From NCBI GenBank assembly GCA_002269645.1, contig NIVC01001724.1, positions 62,001 to 126,000 of the forward strand: 64,000 nucleotides of DNA. Reading direction: 5' to 3'. Positions 33,846 to 46,830 of this stretch are shown here, piece by piece (the stretch's first letter is position 1; every line of letters begins with the position of its first letter). The notes beneath the pieces were generated by a model. That model saw only the letters and a program-made list of their open reading frames with translations, did not search any database and was not told the origin of the DNA. This DNA is from Macrostomum lignano. Taxonomy: Eukaryota. Made by a program: the position numbers and the translations under genes.

Positions 33846-34165
33846 TTAAGTCGCAATTGGGAGGAACTAAGTTGCAATCGAGAGGAACTAAGTCGCAATC
33901 AGGAGGAACTAAGTCGCAATCGGGAGGGACTAAGTTGCAATCGAGAGGAACTAAGTCACAATCGGGAGGAACTAAGTCACAATCGGGAGGAACTAAGTTG
34001 CAATTGAGAGAAACTAAGTCGCAATCAGGAGGAACTAAGTCGCAATTGAGAAGAACTAAGTTGCAATCGGGAGGAACTAAGTCGCAATCAGGAAGAACTA
34101 AGTCGCAATCAGGAAGAACTAAGTCGCAATCAGGAAGAACTAAGTCGCAATCAAGAGAAACTAAG
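33846..34165. repeat. 21-bp minisatellite (ggaggaactaagtcgcaatc.)
   Basis: Direct reading. Confidence 0.93.
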
Positions 34166-34279
34166 TAGTCTTGAATCCCATATTCTAAATCGTCTAAAAA
34201 TCCTCTGTAAAGCCTTTCAAATACCATATTTTGTTTTCCCTGTTTGCAAAAACTGACTTCCATTGTCCAGACTCAGACT

Positions 34280-35010
34280 CTCATGTCTCCTCTCTGCATT
34301 CTCGCCGTTACTCTCTCTATTATTACTCTCCCTCTTTATTTATCTCTTCTCCCTCGTGTTTTGTCTGTATCCTCTCCTGTCTCCTCTCTTCTCTCTTATT
34401 TCTCCCCTCTTCTCTCCTCTCTTATATCTCATCTCTACTCACTTATCTATTGTCTCTCCTATACTCTCTCTCTTCTCTTTTCTCTCTCCTCTCTGCTCTT
34501 GTTTATCATATTTCCTATACCATCTCCTTTCTTATCTCCCATATTTCTTGCTTCCTTTCTACCATCTCGATTCTATCTTCTCCCCTTTGTCTCTTCTCTT
34601 CTCTAATCTCTCATCTCTTCTCTCTCTTATTTTCTCAATCATATCTTTTCTCATCGCATCTTTCATCTGTCCTCTCTGCACTCTTACCTTTACCCTCTTT
34701 CTTTCTCCTCACTACTTTCTTCTCTTAACTCTATCATCTCTGATCTTTCATCTCTCTCCTCTCTTTTATTTCAGCTGTATGCTCTTATCCCTCCTTTCTT
34801 CTCTCATCTCTCCTGTCTCCTCTCTGCTATCTCATAACTCCCCTCTCATCTCCACTCTCCTCTTCTCTTCTCTCTCCCTCTTCATTCCTACCTTACTCTA
34901 CTTTTCTCTCCTATCTGTCATCTCTAATCTGTCCTCTCTCATATCTACTCTCTTTTCTATCATCTCTCCTTTTTTGTTCACTCTTCTCTATACTTTCTCT
35001 TCTCTGACTC
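34280..35010. repeat. CT-rich low-complexity tract
   Basis: Polypyrimidine degenerate repeat. Confidence 0.9.
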
Positions 35011-37144
35011 ATTTAATGTGCCAAATCCATTGAAATCCTCTCTGTAAAAATGAACTCAATCAAAATCTCTCCATAAAACTGAACTTCATCAAAATCTCTT
35101 CATGAGACTGAATTTCATCAAAATCCCCTTTGATAAACTAAAAATATATCTTTTTCTTGGAGGACTCTCACTTCTTCGGCCATCAGTCTCAGTCTCCGAA
35201 TCTGAGTCCAAATGAATGGCTGTGTTGTGGTTGGATCCGCACTTCAGTACTAGCATCAGTTGATAGGCAAGATTCTATAGCAATAGATTCAGCATGAGCA
35301 ATGCGCCGTCGTACAAATTCTGTCTCAAGACTTCTAGTTTCTTCTTTATTTCAAAAACAGCTTCTCATCTGACATTACTCAAGAAGAATAATGTCGTTGC
35401 ATCTGCACCATGAATTTCAATTTTTTTGCATTCTGCATAGATAGATCTCTGTTAAAAGCAACAACCTCTGGATTTTGCACTGCCATTAACAGTCCCTCTC
35501 TGTGTGAGCTTGCTGAACATTGGGATGGTAGTGCTTTTAGTTCCCTTGAATGTGCTGCAGCTGCACCATCACCTGATCCCCCAGGCTGCACTTAAGATTG
35601 CTGGTAAATTTTCTTCTAATATCCAATGCGCACCACAACAATCATTAACTTCTCCAGGAGTTACATGACCAAGTTTCCATCGTGTAAAGAGCAATGGCTT
35701 TTGCTCTTCAGCTGCAGAAAGGGGACACTAGTTGATGGAATAGTCTTCATGACCATTTTCATCCCATTCATGTGCAAGATTCAATACATAGTCAGGTGTA
35801 GGTCTATCTTTAAGTGAAGTATATAATGACTCAAAGAATGTACACCTATATATATCTAGAGCCTGTACCCTGTAGGCTATACTCCCTACATACTGTACTG
35901 TATGTCTGGCAAACTAACTTGTATATATACACTCATATGTACACATATGTACTCATATACCTATATATACATATAGGTGTACATATGAGTGTATATATAC
36001 AAGTTAGTTTGCCAGACATACAGTACAGTACAGTACAGTACAGTACACATATGTACACATATACCTATATATACATATAGGTGTACATATGAGTGTATAT
36101 ATACAAGTTAGTTTGCCAGACATACAGTACAGTATATAGGGAGTATAGCCTACAGGGTACAGGCTACAGTGCAGTTTAGTACTGCATAAGTGAATAAGTG
36201 AATGATAAATCAATCGGGAAAGAGTGAAGGTAGGAAAAGAGAAGAGAAATGAGTTACTTCCATTTTTCAATAAGCACAAGCACGCAACCCCCCCCCCCAG
36301 GTCTTTCAGTGTGGTGGTGCATAGGTAAGTCGCAAATCTGGACAAAACTAAGTCGCACTAGACAGGTGAAATTTTGAGGTTGGGCATGTATGACCTTAAT
36401 AAATAATAATAATAAAGCTAAAAATAAAAGCTCAGCTAATCCATATATATGCTAATATATGTTGATTTAATATCTGTCGCCAGATCATCTGTTGCTAGAT
36501 TGTCTTGTTGCCAGACTGTCTGGAAGCCATCTAGTCTAGGCCTATCAGGGGATTATTTAGCAGACACTAGGCAAGATATGCCTAGTATATAGCATAGGGT
36601 CTAGTCTAGTACATAGTATAGCAGCAAATGGTAGAATATATCAAGGGGCAACTTTTGTATGTTGGTTAGTATAGACTAATATAAAATTAATAATAATAAA
36701 GTAATAGTACTAAGCTGCACATTATTATATTAATATATATTATATCAATTTTCCCCATATAATAAATTCTTATTGTTTTATAACATGCACTTTTATATGA
36801 TTTTTTAGTGTGCCTAGTTTTGCTCATCTTTTAGTTCATATTGGGAAAATGAAAGAATTTAATCACCTTACCCAAAACCTGATTTTTTGTATCTAATGTA
36901 TTAGGAAGTTATTAGGAAGTAAAGGAATGCATACAATATTCCTTCCATTGATTCAATTCCAATGTTTGCATGAAACAAATTTAATTTGACTTTGACCCAA
37001 ATATGGATCACTAGAAAGAAGAACACCTGAAAAGCAATATCCAGAAACTTAAGGATCATCTACATCCAGTACACCTAAAATAATGGCATTCCTACAAGCA
37101 GTTAGTATTGCAATAATATTTAACAAAATGCCCCAAACTTGCAG

Positions 37145-37615
37145 CTGCCTATGAATGGTCAGGCAGTTGGCCCGCAGCCAGATAATGCCACCGGCGCAAC
37201 TGGCTGCAAAACTGTCGCCTCAGCTATTCAGCTCTCCTCAATAGCCAGTAAGAATCAAAGTACTCTTAGTACTTTGCTCGCCAATGGCTGCGTTGGCAGC
37301 TCTGCAATAAACAAATTATCCGCAGGTGTAAATATAGAAGCTACACAAAAGTACATTGTTATATTGCAAGAGAAAATACGCGAATATGAGCGAGCATTGG
37401 ATGGCGTCCGCGCCCAGTTGAAGTCGCAGGCGTCTCGCGCTGTGGTGGAGCTGGATGGCTGTTTAAGTACCGATTGCGCTAGGCAGGAGCGGACAAAACG
37501 CCGGCTTGAGCAGGAGCATGGCGAGCTCAAGGCCAAAGCGCACAAGCTGCAAAGGACTGTGAAGAAGCTTCAATACAAATTGGCTGATCTGAGGGCTAAT
37601 GGCATTCCGATCGAT
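37145..37615 (+). CDS. TMCC/TEX28-family transmembrane and coiled-coil protein, exon A
   Basis: acttgcag| acceptor, ATG at 37151; coiled coil ending KKLQYKLADLRANGIP resembles TMCC ..KKLEHYHRKLREVEQNGIP; GAT|gtaagt donor. Confidence 0.75.
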
Positions 37616-37669
37616 GTAAGTCGTTTTTATGAAGAAAAAAAATGCCCGGCTTAATTGGGGACTTCTACT

Positions 37670-38460
37670 TAAAACTGGAGAATTCTACTGGACAATTCTA
37701 CTTAGAACTGGGTAATTCTACTGAAAATTTGGGAATTCTACTGAAAATTGAGGAATACTGCTGAAAATTGGGGAATTCTACTGAAAATTTAGGATATCTA
37801 CTAGAAATTAGGGAATTCTACTGAAAATTGGGGAATTCTACTGAAAATTTAGGATATCTACTAGAAATTAGGGAATTCTACTGAAAATTTAGGATATCTA
37901 CTAGAAATTAGGGAATTCTACTGAAAATTGGAGAATTCTACTGAAAATTTAGGATATCTACTAGAAATTAGGGAATTCTACTGAAAATTGGAGAATTCTA
38001 CTGAAAATTTTGGAATTCTACTAGAAATTGGGGAATTCTATTGAAAATTGGGGAATTCTATTGAAAATTGGGGAATTCTACTGAAAATTGGGGAATTCTA
38101 CTGAAAATTGAGGAATACTGCTGAAAATTGGGGAATTCTACTGAAAATTTAGGATATCTACTAGAAATTAGGGAATTCTACTGAAAATTGGAGAATTCTA
38201 CTGAAAATTTAGGATATCTACTAGAAATTAGGGAATTCTACTGAAAATTGGGGAATTCTACTGAAAATTGGGGAATTCTACTGAAAATTGGGGAATTCTA
38301 CTGAAAATTTGTGAATTATACTGAAAATTGGAGAATTCTACTGAAAATTGGAGAATTCTACTAAAAATTTAGGAATTCTACTAGAAAATGGGAATTCTAC
38401 TGGAAATTGGGGAATTCTACTAGAAAGTGGGGAATTCTACTGAAAATTGGGGAAATTCTT
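37670..38460. repeat. 20-bp intronic minisatellite (ctactgaaaattggggaatt)
   Basis: Direct reading. Confidence 0.95.
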
Positions 38461-38509
38461 TGCCAGGCCAATGCCAGTATATTTACTGTCTATATTTATA
38501 CATATCAGA

Positions 38510-38760
38510 GAATTTCACACTGTCGAGTTAAGCATCGTTGGTCGCGGTTAGTATGCAGTTGAATGTGCTGCCAGTGTCACGACCACTGGTTCGATTCCGT
38601 GAGCCGCTAAGTTAATTTAGGGCTTGTGCACCAATAAAAATTGGCCAGGGGGTTGTCGCATGATTCACACCTGTGTAAATCGTCAGGAAAAGTCAGGGCT
38701 GCTGTACACCCTCTGTGAGCGTGTGTGTGAGTGCGTGCTCAGATGTCAGCGCATGTATCT
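38510..38760 (+). mobile_element. Possible tRNA-derived SINE
   Basis: B-box GGTTCGATTCC at 38588; 38703-38723 matches 2694-2714 at 20 of 21 bases. Confidence 0.4.
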
Positions 38761-38773
38761 CACTTTTAAACAG

Positions 38774-39913
38774 GTCGTACCAGACGATTACGTGCGCCAG
38801 CTGCAGCAGCACAGGGACGCTGGAGTAGCTGAGCCCGCCATCTCCTCCTCGGCCTCGTCTGTTTCCGCTGTACATCGCCAAAACCCGGCCGCCTTCGCTG
38901 CAACATCAGCCTCGGCTTTGAACTCCGTCGTGCACCGGACGGCCTCTTCTAGCGACCTGCTGCCCGGCCCGAGCCGCCGGCAGCCTGCCGAAGACCCGGA
39001 GCCGAACCCTGCCAGTGTCGATAATTCGAATAACGGCGTTGGCGACGCTGCGCCTAGCGTTGCTATGGGCAGATTCTCTGATGCCGACCGGTTGACCCTG
39101 TCCTCGTCTGACCCGTCGGCGCCTCTCATTTCGACGTCGCCGCCGTCGCTGCCGCTAATTCAGTCGCAACAGTCTTCGTCGTTGCTGCTGCCGGCAAATT
39201 CGTCCGCAGGCAACTCTTCGTCGGCCGAATCTGTCGAGCAGCTGCGGCTGTACTACGAGCGTCGGTTAATCGAACAGCAGGCCGCTTTCGCCGCCGAACT
39301 GGACTCTCTACGCCTGCGCGCCTCCGACGAAGCCGGCGATATTCAACGATTAGTGGACACGGAGCTGAAAAACCTGCGCTACGACCAGCAGGAGCTGGCT
39401 GCCTCCGCCGATGACGGGCACAAAGAGCTTGAAAAGATGAAGGTCTTCCTCACCAACCTGTCTAAGGAGATGAGCCGCATGCTGCTAGTTGATCAGCAGA
39501 TTGACGATATGAATAATCGACTAGCTGTCATCACCCGAGACCTAGTGCAGAGCCATCAATCCGCCTGCTCCTCTCATCATCATCATCATAATCGCCCGGA
39601 TGCTGGCCAGGGCGGAGCGGCTAGCGCTCGCCTACTCAACATGCTGGTTGCCCTGCTCTCCTACGCTTTCGTAGCCGCCTCCTGTTTAGTTAATCTGCTG
39701 ATCTGGTTACTCCGTCTGCCTGGCAGTCGGCCGTTCTCCGCCGCCTGTCTGACTGTCTGCGCCGCTCCGCTGCTTATTCTGTGGCTTGGTGGCGACGGTG
39801 GCGGCGTCTGGTTGGCGCAGACTTTGCCAGATTTGATTGTCAGGCACCTGCCGTTGAGTGCCAGGCGCCAGCTCAGCAACCTGCTGCTGAGGCTTAATGC
39901 CACGCTCGCTTAA
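38774..39913 (+). CDS. TMCC/TEX28-family protein, terminal exon (second coiled coil and two hydrophobic helices)
   Basis: aaacag|GTC phase-0 acceptor; LRYDQQELAAS..KEMSRMLLVDQQ coiled coil, then ARLLNMLVALLSYAFVAASCLVNLL and FSAACLTVCAAPLLILWL, as in TMCC C-termini. Confidence 0.8.
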   Translation, partial: VVPDDYVRQLQQHRDAGVAEPAISSSASSVSAVHRQNPAAFAATSASALNSVVHRTASSSDLLPGPSRRQPAEDPEPNPASVDNSNNGVGDAAPSVAMGRFSDADRLTLSSSDPSAPLISTSPPSLPLIQSQQSSSLLLPANSSAGNSSSAESVEQLRLYYERRLIEQQAAFAAELDSLRLRASDEAGDIQRLVDTELKNLRYDQQELAASADDGHKELEKMKVFLTNLSKEMSRMLLVDQQIDDMNNRLAVITRDLVQSHQSACSSHHHHHNRPDAGQGGAASARLLNMLVALLSYAFVAASCLVNLLIWLLRLPGSRPFSAACLTVCAAPLLILWLGGDGGGVWLAQTLPDLIVRHLPLSARRQLSNLLLRLNATLA

Positions 39914-39929
39914 CCACGCTTAGCTATAT

Positions 39930-40905
39930 CCTCAGATGACCTCAGACCGTAGTTTAGCCCAGCTGTGACCCCATGTGACCTCAGACCGTAGCTTAGCCCA
40001 GCCCTGACCCCCATGTGACCACAAAACCGTAGCTTAGCTCAGCTGTAACCCCATGTGACCTCAGACCGTAGCTTAGCTCAGCTGTGACCCCATGTGACCT
40101 CAAAACGTAGCTTAGCTCAGCCCTGACCCCCATGTGACCTCAGATCGTAGCTTAGCTCAGCCCTGACCCCCCATGTGACCTCACATCGTAGCTTAGCTCA
40201 GCTGTGACCCCATGTGACCTCAAAACGTAGCTTAGCTCAGCCCTGACCCCCATGTGACCTCAGATCGTAGCTTAGCTCAGCCCTGACCCCCCATGTGACC
40301 TCAGATCGTAGCTTAGCTCAGCTGTGACCCCATGTGACCTCAAAACGTAGCTTAGCTCAGCCCTGACCCCCATGTGACCTCAGATCGTAGCTTAGCTCAG
40401 CCCTGACCCCCCATGTGACCTCAGATCGTAGCTTAGCTCAGCCCTGACCCCCATGTGACCACAAAACCGTAGCTTAGCTCAGCTGTGACCCCATGTGACC
40501 TCAAAACGTAGCTTAGCTCAGCCCTGACCCCCATGTGACCTCAGATCGTAGCTTAGCTCAGCCCTGACCCCCCATGTGACCTCAGATCGTAGCTTAGCTC
40601 AGCCCTGACCCCCCATGTGACCTCAGATCGTAGCTTAGCTCAGCTGTGACCCCATGTGACCTCAGACCGTAGCTTAGCCCAGCTGTGACCCTATGTGACC
40701 TCAAAACGTAGCTTAGCTCAGCCCTGACCCCTCCCCATGTGACCTCAGATCGTAGCTTAGCTCAGCCCTGACCCCCCATGTGACCTCAGATCGTAGCTTA
40801 GCTCAGCCCTGACCCCATGTGACCACAAAACCGTAGCTTAGCTCAGCTGTGACCCCATGTGACCTCAAAACCGTAGCTTAGCTCAGCTGTGACCCCATGT
40901 GACGT
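39930..40905. repeat. ~41-44-bp minisatellite (catgtgacctcagatcgtagcttagctcagccctgacccc)
   Basis: Direct reading. Confidence 0.95.
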
Positions 40906-41924
40906 TAACACCCATTGATAGAGATATTTGGCCCTGTATCCCTATCTCCAAGACTGTTGGTTTTATTGACGTCATTTCATTCAGATTATCTTGATTCTTG
41001 AAAACAATGAATTTGCCAGTGATATTGCATGACCTAGTCAGTAGGCTTTTATTCGTAATTTTCAAGACATCACGCAGTATGCTTATTTGGTTATATTGTT
41101 ATTGTCTTACTGCTGCAATAAAAATCATTGTAACGCCGTTTCAAGGTTAAACCTTGATGTTTCGAATGTATTTTCTATTAAGGAAAGCGCGAAGTAATCT
41201 TCAGACTGCTTCTGGCAGTGGCAACCCAGTTAAATAGAAAAGCACACCAGCTAAATTTCAATAATTTTCTCATTCTAACAAGTGAGCTTTCCTTATTGAA
41301 CAGCTATTTTTTATTCTCCTTTTTGTCGCCCAACTTGTGGCGTGTATAAACTGTTCATTGTTGGCTTCTGTTATTAAGTGATTGTTTTCAATTTCTCTCC
41401 GCATGGAATCTCAATCTTGAGTAGTGCAGCAGCACAATTCGCCAGATTGGTTATTTTTCACTCGTCTGTTTATTTATTTTTTAAGCCCCCTTTTTGTAGT
41501 TTTGCACAGCCAACCTGGCCGTTAGTTTCTCTCTTTCTCTATCATTGTTTTCTAGGCTTTCACAATGATGTTAATAAAAAATAGTGTTTTTCATAATGGT
41601 AGATTTTCTTGGTTTTAGCTTAGCATTGTTGTAAAGTTTAATTGTGTCTAGCAGAATGATTCAGTTGTATTAATATTACCTATATATTGCTTCTTAAATC
41701 TTGTTTTAATTGCAATGAATGTATAAAAATATATATTTATATACTTGTAAATCCGTGACGTCACCTCAGCGCCGCTACCAAGATTTCCTGAGCTCTTAGC
41801 GGATAAAATCATACTTGCGCAATGGCCTGTCTTCGTAGAGTCATTTGGGTCTCTGATTTAGCTCATTTGTAATCATCTAAGTAATCACCTCGGTTTCTAT
41901 GCTGAGCCACCCTACTAAATCTTG

Positions 41925-42530
41925 TTGCTGGGCCAGCCTCCCAGATCGTCAGTTGCTGGGCCAGCCTCCCAGATCCTCAGTTGCTGGGCCAGCCTCCCAG
42001 ATCCTCAGTTGCTGGGCCACCCTCCCAGATCCTCAGTTGCTGGGCCAGCCTCCCAGATCCTCAGTTGCTGGGCCAGCCTTCCAGATCCTCAGTTGCTGGG
42101 CCAGCCTCCCAGATCCTCAGTTGCTGGGCCAGCCTCCCAGAGTGTCAGTTGCTGGGCCAGCCTCCCAGAGTGTCAGTTGCTGGGCCAGCCTCCCAGATCC
42201 CCAGTTGCTGGGCCAGCCTCCCAGATCCCCAGTTGCTGGGCCAGCCTCCCAGATCCTCAGTTGCTGGGCCAGCCTCCCAGATCCTCAGTTGCTGGGCCAG
42301 CCTCCCAGATCCTCAGTTGCTGGGCCAGCCTCCCAGATCCTCAGTTGCTGGGCCAGCCTCCCAGATCCTCAGTTGCTGGGCCAGCCTCCCAGATCCTCAG
42401 TTGCTGGGCCAGCCTCCCAGATCCTCAGTTGCTGGGCCAGCCTCCCAGATCCTCAGTTGCTGGGCCAGCCTCCCAGATCCTCAGTTGCTGGGCCAGCCTC
42501 CCAGATCCTCAGTTGCTGGGCCACCTACCC
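41925..42530. repeat. 28-bp minisatellite (gttgctgggccagcctcccagatcctca)
   Basis: Direct reading. Confidence 0.96.
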
Positions 42531-43344
42531 ACAGATCCTCAGTCGCTGAGTCAGCGCCACTCTCGCAGAGCCTCGGGTAATCTAACCACTAAATGTCCGG
42601 AATATTCCATCTGAAATCCAATCAATCTCTCATGCCAGAATGGTGTCTCAAATTTAGCCTTGGATCTCACTACAGTAGCCGCGCGCAGTTTGCCCCCCTT
42701 CTTTGATATTAGTTTTCCCATCTCGTTGGCTCAGGCCCGGTCCCTACAGTCAGAATAATTAAGCCGCATCCGAGCTATAGCCCCCCCCCCTCCCTGTCTG
42801 CAGGCAGTTTGGCTGTCCCTCAATCACGCCCTGTAGCCAAGCAACACAGTGGAAGCCTCCCACTCAGTACGTTAAAAGTGCATTTGCTAGCTATTAGTTG
42901 GTATAAAGCAGCTGGGCGAAGTGAAATTGCAATCTCCGCAGTCTTATTTTTTTTCTACTCCAACGGCGCGCACGCAATGGTCCGCAAGCCTCCTTTCTCG
43001 GGCTCCTACGCTTACATTGTAGGGCTTTAGACCATCGCTAGAGAGTTCATTCTAGCGAAAACTGTTCCAAACCCTTAACTGCGTGCACCCTGTGCTTCAC
43101 GAGTCATGCACTTTTAATACCTCCCCTTCATGCGTCCTAATTTGTTCATCCTCGACCAGGTCTGTTCGCGTTTTAGTGTCTACCGCTATCCAGGACTACT
43201 AATGGTGCGGGTTCGTGGCCTACGAGTATCGATTTATATTAATGTCGTGTGCTTTGGTCTGTTATGGGATTGTTTTAGTTAAGTCTGGTGTGTGGCATTG
43301 ATTTAATGGTTACAACTAGTCAGCCAGAGGACACAGCCAAATTT

Positions 43345-43970
43345 ATTCATGCAGACAGTTAGACAGACAGTTAGACAGACAGACACTGTGACATTTCTTC
43401 ATGCGGTGACATTTACTCGTATTCATGCAGACAGTTAAACAGTTTTATTCATGCAGACAGTTAGACAGACAGACACTGTGACATTTAGACATGCAGGCAG
43501 ACAGACACTGACATTTAGACATGCAGACATGCAGACATGCAGGCAGACAGACACTGACATTTAGACATGCAGACATGCAGGCAGACAGACACTGACATTT
43601 AGACATGCAGGCATGCAGACATGCAGGCAGACAGACATTGATATTTAGACATGCAGACATGCAGGCAGACAGACACAGACATTTAGACACACACTGTGAC
43701 ATTCAAATATGCAGACAGACAGACACTGATATTTAGACACACAGAAGACAGACAGACAGACACTGACATGCAGACATGCAGGCAGACAGACATTGATATT
43801 TAGACATGCAGACATGCAGGCAGACAGATACTGATATTTAGACATGCAGAAACGCAGACAGACAGACACTGATATTTAGACATGCAGACATGCAGGCAGA
43901 CAGACACTGACATATAGACATGCAGACTGGAACATGTAGTCATGCAGACAGACAGACGGGAACTGACATT
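43345..43970. repeat. Degenerate compound repeat (cagacagacactgacatttagacatgcagacatgcagg)
   Basis: Direct reading. Confidence 0.9.
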
Positions 43971-44144
43971 AGGACAGAGCACACGGAGACAGTAAAACAT
44001 TAGATGAATGGCTGACAATGACTCATCTATCATGCACGTGATTCATCAATCCCAAACATGACCATTGCCATGATATCATGCATCATTAATCTAATTCCTA
44101 CATTAATAAATGTTCGTCTCTCCCTACATCTCCCTCCACTCCAG

Positions 44145-44435
44145 GCTTCAACCTCGTCTCCGTACTTTCAGTCTGAGGAAAATTCTACAAAGAAATCCGC
44201 CGCTAGCCGTGGCGCCAATTCAAAATCGCAAAATCGCAAGCGCCGCTCCCAGCCGGTGCCAATCGCTTACGAAGAGTCGGTCGGTGAGGCTGCTGACGAA
44301 CTGGTTGCCGCGGCGCCGGCGCCGGCCAAGTGGGAGGCGCAGCTGGCTAACATTAAACTGATGCGAGCGGATAAAAGTGCTCCAGTTGACAATATGGGCT
44401 GTCACACTCTCGCCGACGGGGCGGCCGAACCCAAG
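44145..44435 (+). CDS. NTHL1: Endonuclease III homolog, exon A (start exon not located)
   Basis: ccactccag|GCT acceptor; KWEAQLANIKLMRADKSAPVDNMGC resembles NTHL1 [20 protein letters not shown]; AAG|gtttgt donor. Confidence 0.85.
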
Positions 44436-44569
44436 GTTTGTTCGTTTTGAGAGTGCATTGATTTAGCCGGGCACCCTGCTGCGGTGAAGTAGAAGCTCTG
44501 AGCAGGGGCGTGGCCAGCATTCTTCATTGATGGCTGCCGTTTCATTTAAGGGGATGCCATTAATTTGAG

Positions 44570-44750
44570 GGCAGCACCAGGGGCGCCAGCACCAAGGGCG
44601 CCAGCACCAAGGGCGCCAGCACCAGGGGCGCCAGCACCAAGGGCGCCAGCACCAAGGGCGCCAGCACCAAGGGCGCCAGCACCAGGGGCGCCAGCATCAG
44701 TGGCGCCAGCACCAAGAAGCGCCAGCACCAGGAGCGCCGGCACCAAGGAG
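44570..44750. repeat. 15-bp GC-rich repeat (gggcgccagcaccaa/g)
   Basis: Direct reading. Confidence 0.9.
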
Positions 44751-45829
44751 CGTGGCAGGCGAGCATTCTACCACCGCTCTGCCTGTTTGAGGGGGCAATT
44801 AGTAGCCGTTGCAGTCATCCACTGCGGTGGCTGCATATCGGCGTACAGGGACCCGATGTTGGACACGTGAACGGTGCCCCCCTGTCCCCAGCAGGGGGGC
44901 ACCGGACACGTGCTGGGTAGGAGCGCCAGCACCAAGGGCGCCAGCACCAGGGACGTCAGTAACCCTCATAAGTAGGGCACAGTGTGGGGAGTAGCGATCC
45001 GCCCCCGCAGTCTAAATAGTTCGATGATAAATCGATTCCACAAAGTGACGACTGCCCACTAACCTGGCAAAATATATCATATTTGATTGATGATTTTTCA
45101 GGCTTTAAGCTGAACTGAGTGTGCGCCTCCCGTCCTTATGTTTGATGCTGCAAGCAACAGTAGTTGCTGCATTTCCAATTTGCGTGAGACGGAGGCGGAG
45201 AGAGAGAGTTGCCAGGGTTAGGACAGGAGAACCTACATCTAGCTGCTATAGCTTATAGCTACTCAAACTTAATTAGCCTGCTCATCAGCCGCAGTCGTTA
45301 TCGCAGATCTGACTGAGAGAGATCGGCTCCTTATCATCAGCCGCCGAGCGAATTCGATTCCGCCCCAATGTCTCTCTATCTTAGAAAGAGTCCAATTTTC
45401 TTATTTCTCTTCCCTGTCCCATCGCTGCCTGCCTGCGTTATTATTTAGAAGCAAAATTTTGAGGACCTGCCTGACAGCGGGCGGGAGGCCGTTTTCTTCT
45501 TGTACTCGTAAGGATTTTGAATCCGGGGATTTCCGTGTCTATTATTGATTCTTCCCACTCAATTACTGCCGCCCGTATCTCTCTGTATTGCCTGAGGCAG
45601 GGGTGTCGGCCTTCACTGCGCCTCTTTTTATTTATCTCTAGCTATGCCGGCTCAGCCTAGGTGGGTGCGTGCCCTCTCTCGATTCTTGCTATCCACTCTC
45701 TTTTAGCTCATCCGCTTCCAGCTAAACACTTCACCCTAACCTCTCTGCCCCTCTGTCTCAAACCCTCCCTAACCCCTTCTCCTACCCCTCCGATTCTAAC
45801 CCTGTACACCCCTTCCTGACGCCTCTCGT

Positions 45830-46830
45830 ACTTACCTCTCTACCCCTCCCTACCCTCTCTACCCCTCCCTACCCTCTCTACCCCTCCCTACCCTCTCTAC
45901 CCCTCCCTACCCTCTCTCTACCCCTCCCTACCCTCTCTACCCCTCCCTACCCTCTCTACCCCTCCCTACCCTCTCTCTACCCCTCCCTACCCTCTCTACC
46001 CCTCCCTACCCTCTCTACCCCTCCCTACCCTCTCTCTACCCCTCCCTACCCTCTCTACGCCTCCCTACCCTCTCTACGCCTCCCTACCCTCTCTACGCCT
46101 CCCTACCCTCTCTACCCCTCCCTACCCTCTCTACGCCTCCCTACCCTCTCTACGCCTCCCTACCCTCTCTACGCCTCCCTACCCTCTCTACCCCTCCCTA
46201 CCCTCTCTCTACCCCTCCCTACCCTCTCTACGCCTCCCTACCCTCTCTACGCCTCCCTACCCTCTCTACGCCTCCCTACCCTCTCTACCCCTCCCTACCC
46301 TCTCTACGCCTCCCTACCCTCTCTACGCCTCCCTACCCTCTCTACGCCTCCCTACCCTCTCTACCCCTCCCTACCCTCTCTCTACCCCTCCCTACCCTCT
46401 CTACCCCTCCCTACCCTCTCTCTACCCCTCCCTACCCTCTCTCTACCCCTCCCTACCCTCTCTCTACCCCTCCCTACCCTCTCTACCCCTCCCTACCCTC
46501 TCTACGCCTCCCTACCCTCTCTACGCCTCCCTACCCTCTCTACGCCTCCCTACCCTCTCTACCCCTCCCTACCCTCTCTACGCCTCCCTACCCTCTCTAC
46601 GCCTCCCTACCCTCTCTACGCCTCCCTACCCTCTCTACCCCTCCCTACCCTCTCTCTACCCCTCCCTACCCTCTCTACCCCTCCCTACCCTCTCTCTACC
46701 CCTCCCTACCCTCTCTCTACCCCTCCCTACCCTCTCTCTACCCCTCCCTACCCTCTCTCTACCCCTCCCTACCCTCTCTCTACCCCTCCCTACCCTCTCT
46801 CTACCCCTCCCTACCCTCTCTCTACCCTTG
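45830..46830. repeat. 19/21-bp CT-rich minisatellite (ctaccctctctacccctcc)
   Basis: Direct reading. Confidence 0.96.

Larger units (their letters stand above)
33616..36395. mobile_element. Putative non-autonomous DNA transposon with 15-bp TIR (tcatacatgcccaac / gttgggcatgtatga) and TTAA flanks
   Basis: Perfect 15-bp IR; TTAA at 33612-15 and 36396-99; decayed coding-like DNA on the minus strand at ~35150-35800. Confidence 0.5.

Noticed and set aside
33566-35033. Hydrophobic or multi-TM-looking ORFs
   Set aside because: Translations of purine/pyrimidine tracts and a 21-bp repeat.
41899-42614. Three overlapping Pro/Ser-rich ORFs
   Set aside because: 28-bp minisatellite.
44546-44994. Collagen- or elastin-like ORFs (APRAP, GAGAL repeats)
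   Set aside because: They arise from a 15-bp GC repeat inside an NTH1 intron, without splice or start support.
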